From Octopus sinensis (taxonomy: Eukaryota): a stretch of 64,000 nucleotides of DNA. Below the pieces are notes generated by a model. It did no database searches, was not told the origin of the DNA, and saw nothing but the letters and a program-made list of their open reading frames with translations. Shown here piece by piece: positions 62,292 through 64,000 of the stretch (its first letter is position 1; each line of letters begins with the position of its first letter). The stretch lies in contig NC_043006.1 in assembly GCF_006345805.1 (NCBI RefSeq), positions 85,436,001-85,500,000 on the forward strand. The letters run 5' to 3'. Position numbers and translations under genes: made by a program.

Positions 62292-62397
62292 ATCTAGAGA
62301 ATGGTTCAGTGCATCTCTAGGAGAGAGAGAGAGAGAGAAACACAGTAAGGCTGACAAGTGGTGGAGATACTTGTGAGACTGGTGTTGGCAAGAAATA

Positions 62398-63232
62398 TTA
62401 ATCACTTAACAAGTTTAGAAACTCATTGTCAATCGATGTTTTAACATCATCTTTTTCAAAAAAGTCACCTTGCACAGCAATATAGTGGTTCTGACATTCC
62501 TGCCACTTTTGGAATCTAGCCTGGAAGTCATTTTCTGTAAGTGAGTTGAGGATCTTCTGTGATTCACTCTGGATCTTGAGCTGCATTTTCATTTTGGGGA
62601 AGTGATGGAAATCTGCAGGTGCTAAATCTGGCGAATAGGGTGGGTATGAAAGCAATACCATGTTGATTTTGGTGAGAAATTCACGAGTGAGGAGAACTCG
62701 GTGACAGAGTGCATTGTTGTCATACAGAATCCAATTCTTTGCACTCCACAAATCCAGTTGTTTTTGCTGAATGCTCTCAAATGTTTCAAAACATCACAGT
62801 AGAACTTTTGATTGATGGTCTGGCTCTTGGAGGAAGAATTCTTAATATATGATACCTTATTTCTGGGGGTGATGCTTTTGGCAGGTCTTTCAGGGATGTT
62901 CTTCTGGTTTTGAAGCACCCAAGCCACTTGAAACGTTGCACACAACCCTTTGCCTTGTCATAAGCTTACCAAAGCTTGCTCAATGTCTCTGTAGCAGACT
63001 TCCCAAGTTTAACACCAAATTTTATGTTAGCTCTTTGTTCCTGTCCAGACAACAGCTTAGATGTGATTACAAAAACACAAATTTCGCAACTTGCGAAGTA
63101 AACACTGTGATGTCACTCAACACACTACCTCATGAAGGTCGCTGCTGGCTTTCACTGTGCATGCAACCATGTGCTGCCATCTGTTGGTGTGCTACAGAAC
63201 TAGTCCAAGAACATTTTTTATACCACCCTCTA
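62398..63232 (-). mobile_element. Decayed mariner (Tc1/mariner) transposon
   Basis: QTINQKFYCDVLKHLR, WILYDNNALCH, YPPYSPDLAPADF..FPKMK; internally deleted and frameshifted. Confidence 0.88.
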
Positions 63233-64000
63233 TGCTTTAAATACCAGTTTTATAATGAATTAGTCATTTCGCTAAATTCATCCTTATTTTTGAAATTTTT
63301 GTTTTTTTAAAACAGATATGGTAACAAAACATAAGGTGATCAAAATTAAAAACTTCCATCAAATTTTATATTAACTTTTGTACATGCTAGGTGCTGTCCC
63401 TACAACCAATCTAATCTGTCAAGCATTCTCTACATCTCATCTCCCTCCCCACCCCTTCCCTTACATGCTGGGTGCTGTTCCCACACCCATACTATCCCAT
63501 CAAGCATTCCCCACTTCTCAACCGTTCCTTCCTTGATACATAATACATTTCCTAATTTCTTGTGCTACAAGTTCCTCCTTTCATTCCTTTTCATCCTCCT
63601 CCTCCTGCTTCATCTTAACACCTTGCATATCTGCTATCTTTCCCTATGCCCCCTCTTGTCTGCCACTATGCCCTTATGTATCTCCACATCTCCTTCCCCA
63701 CTGTTACTATGCCTTGATCATCATCTCCTAGTCTGTACGATCATCCCTGATCCAATCCTATTTCTGTTCTCCTACCCACTGCCCAAACTGATATTTCCCA
63801 CCAGTCAAAGATTTCATGACACTGATGAAATGAAAATGGTTGTGAAAAAGTGGATACAACATTGCACACCTGAATATTTTCATCCATCTTTACATTTTGA
63901 GTTCAAATTTCACCAAGCTTGAGTTTGCCTTTCATCCTTTCAGGGTTGATAAAAAAGTACCAGTTGAATACTGGGGTCGATATAACCTACTATCCCTCTT

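Noticed and set aside
63381-63525. Two diverged direct repeats of about 60 bp (acatgct.ggtgctgt...caagcattc)
   Set aside because: Only two degenerate units in pyrimidine-rich low-complexity DNA; no evidence of function.

Overview
AT-rich, microsatellite- and retroposon-dense eukaryotic DNA. The repeat landscape ((GAT)n-tailed RTE LINE ends, tRNA-headed SINEs) suggests an octopus/coleoid cephalopod genome; this is inference, no search was run. Two host genes converge tail to tail. (1) An RBM12-family RNA-binding protein gene (+, 1292-5677) with an intronless 1461-aa CDS, five RRMs and a long low-complexity insert. (2) DIS3/RRP44, the exosome catalytic subunit (-, 56879 to 17628), reconstructed by hand as 23 GT-AG coding exons totalling 2850 nt (949 aa plus stop) with intact CR3, PIN and RNB catalytic motifs and a C-terminal NLS. 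The rest is transposon-derived: a young 5'-truncated RTE LINE with a 30-bp TSD and a PHD-type finger inside its RT, older RTE and CR1 fragments, a Helitron with a PIF1 helicase pseudogene, Penelope-like GIY-YIG remnants, decayed Gypsy, hAT and mariner elements, piggyBac-like MITEs and many SINEs. No prokaryote-type system (CRISPR, operon) is present. The most interesting leads are hammerhead-ribozyme-like motifs (one with a canonical core and long stem II; one repeated family with a non-canonical core, one copy sense in a DIS3 intron), the PHD-in-RT LINE, and several long fold-back structures.
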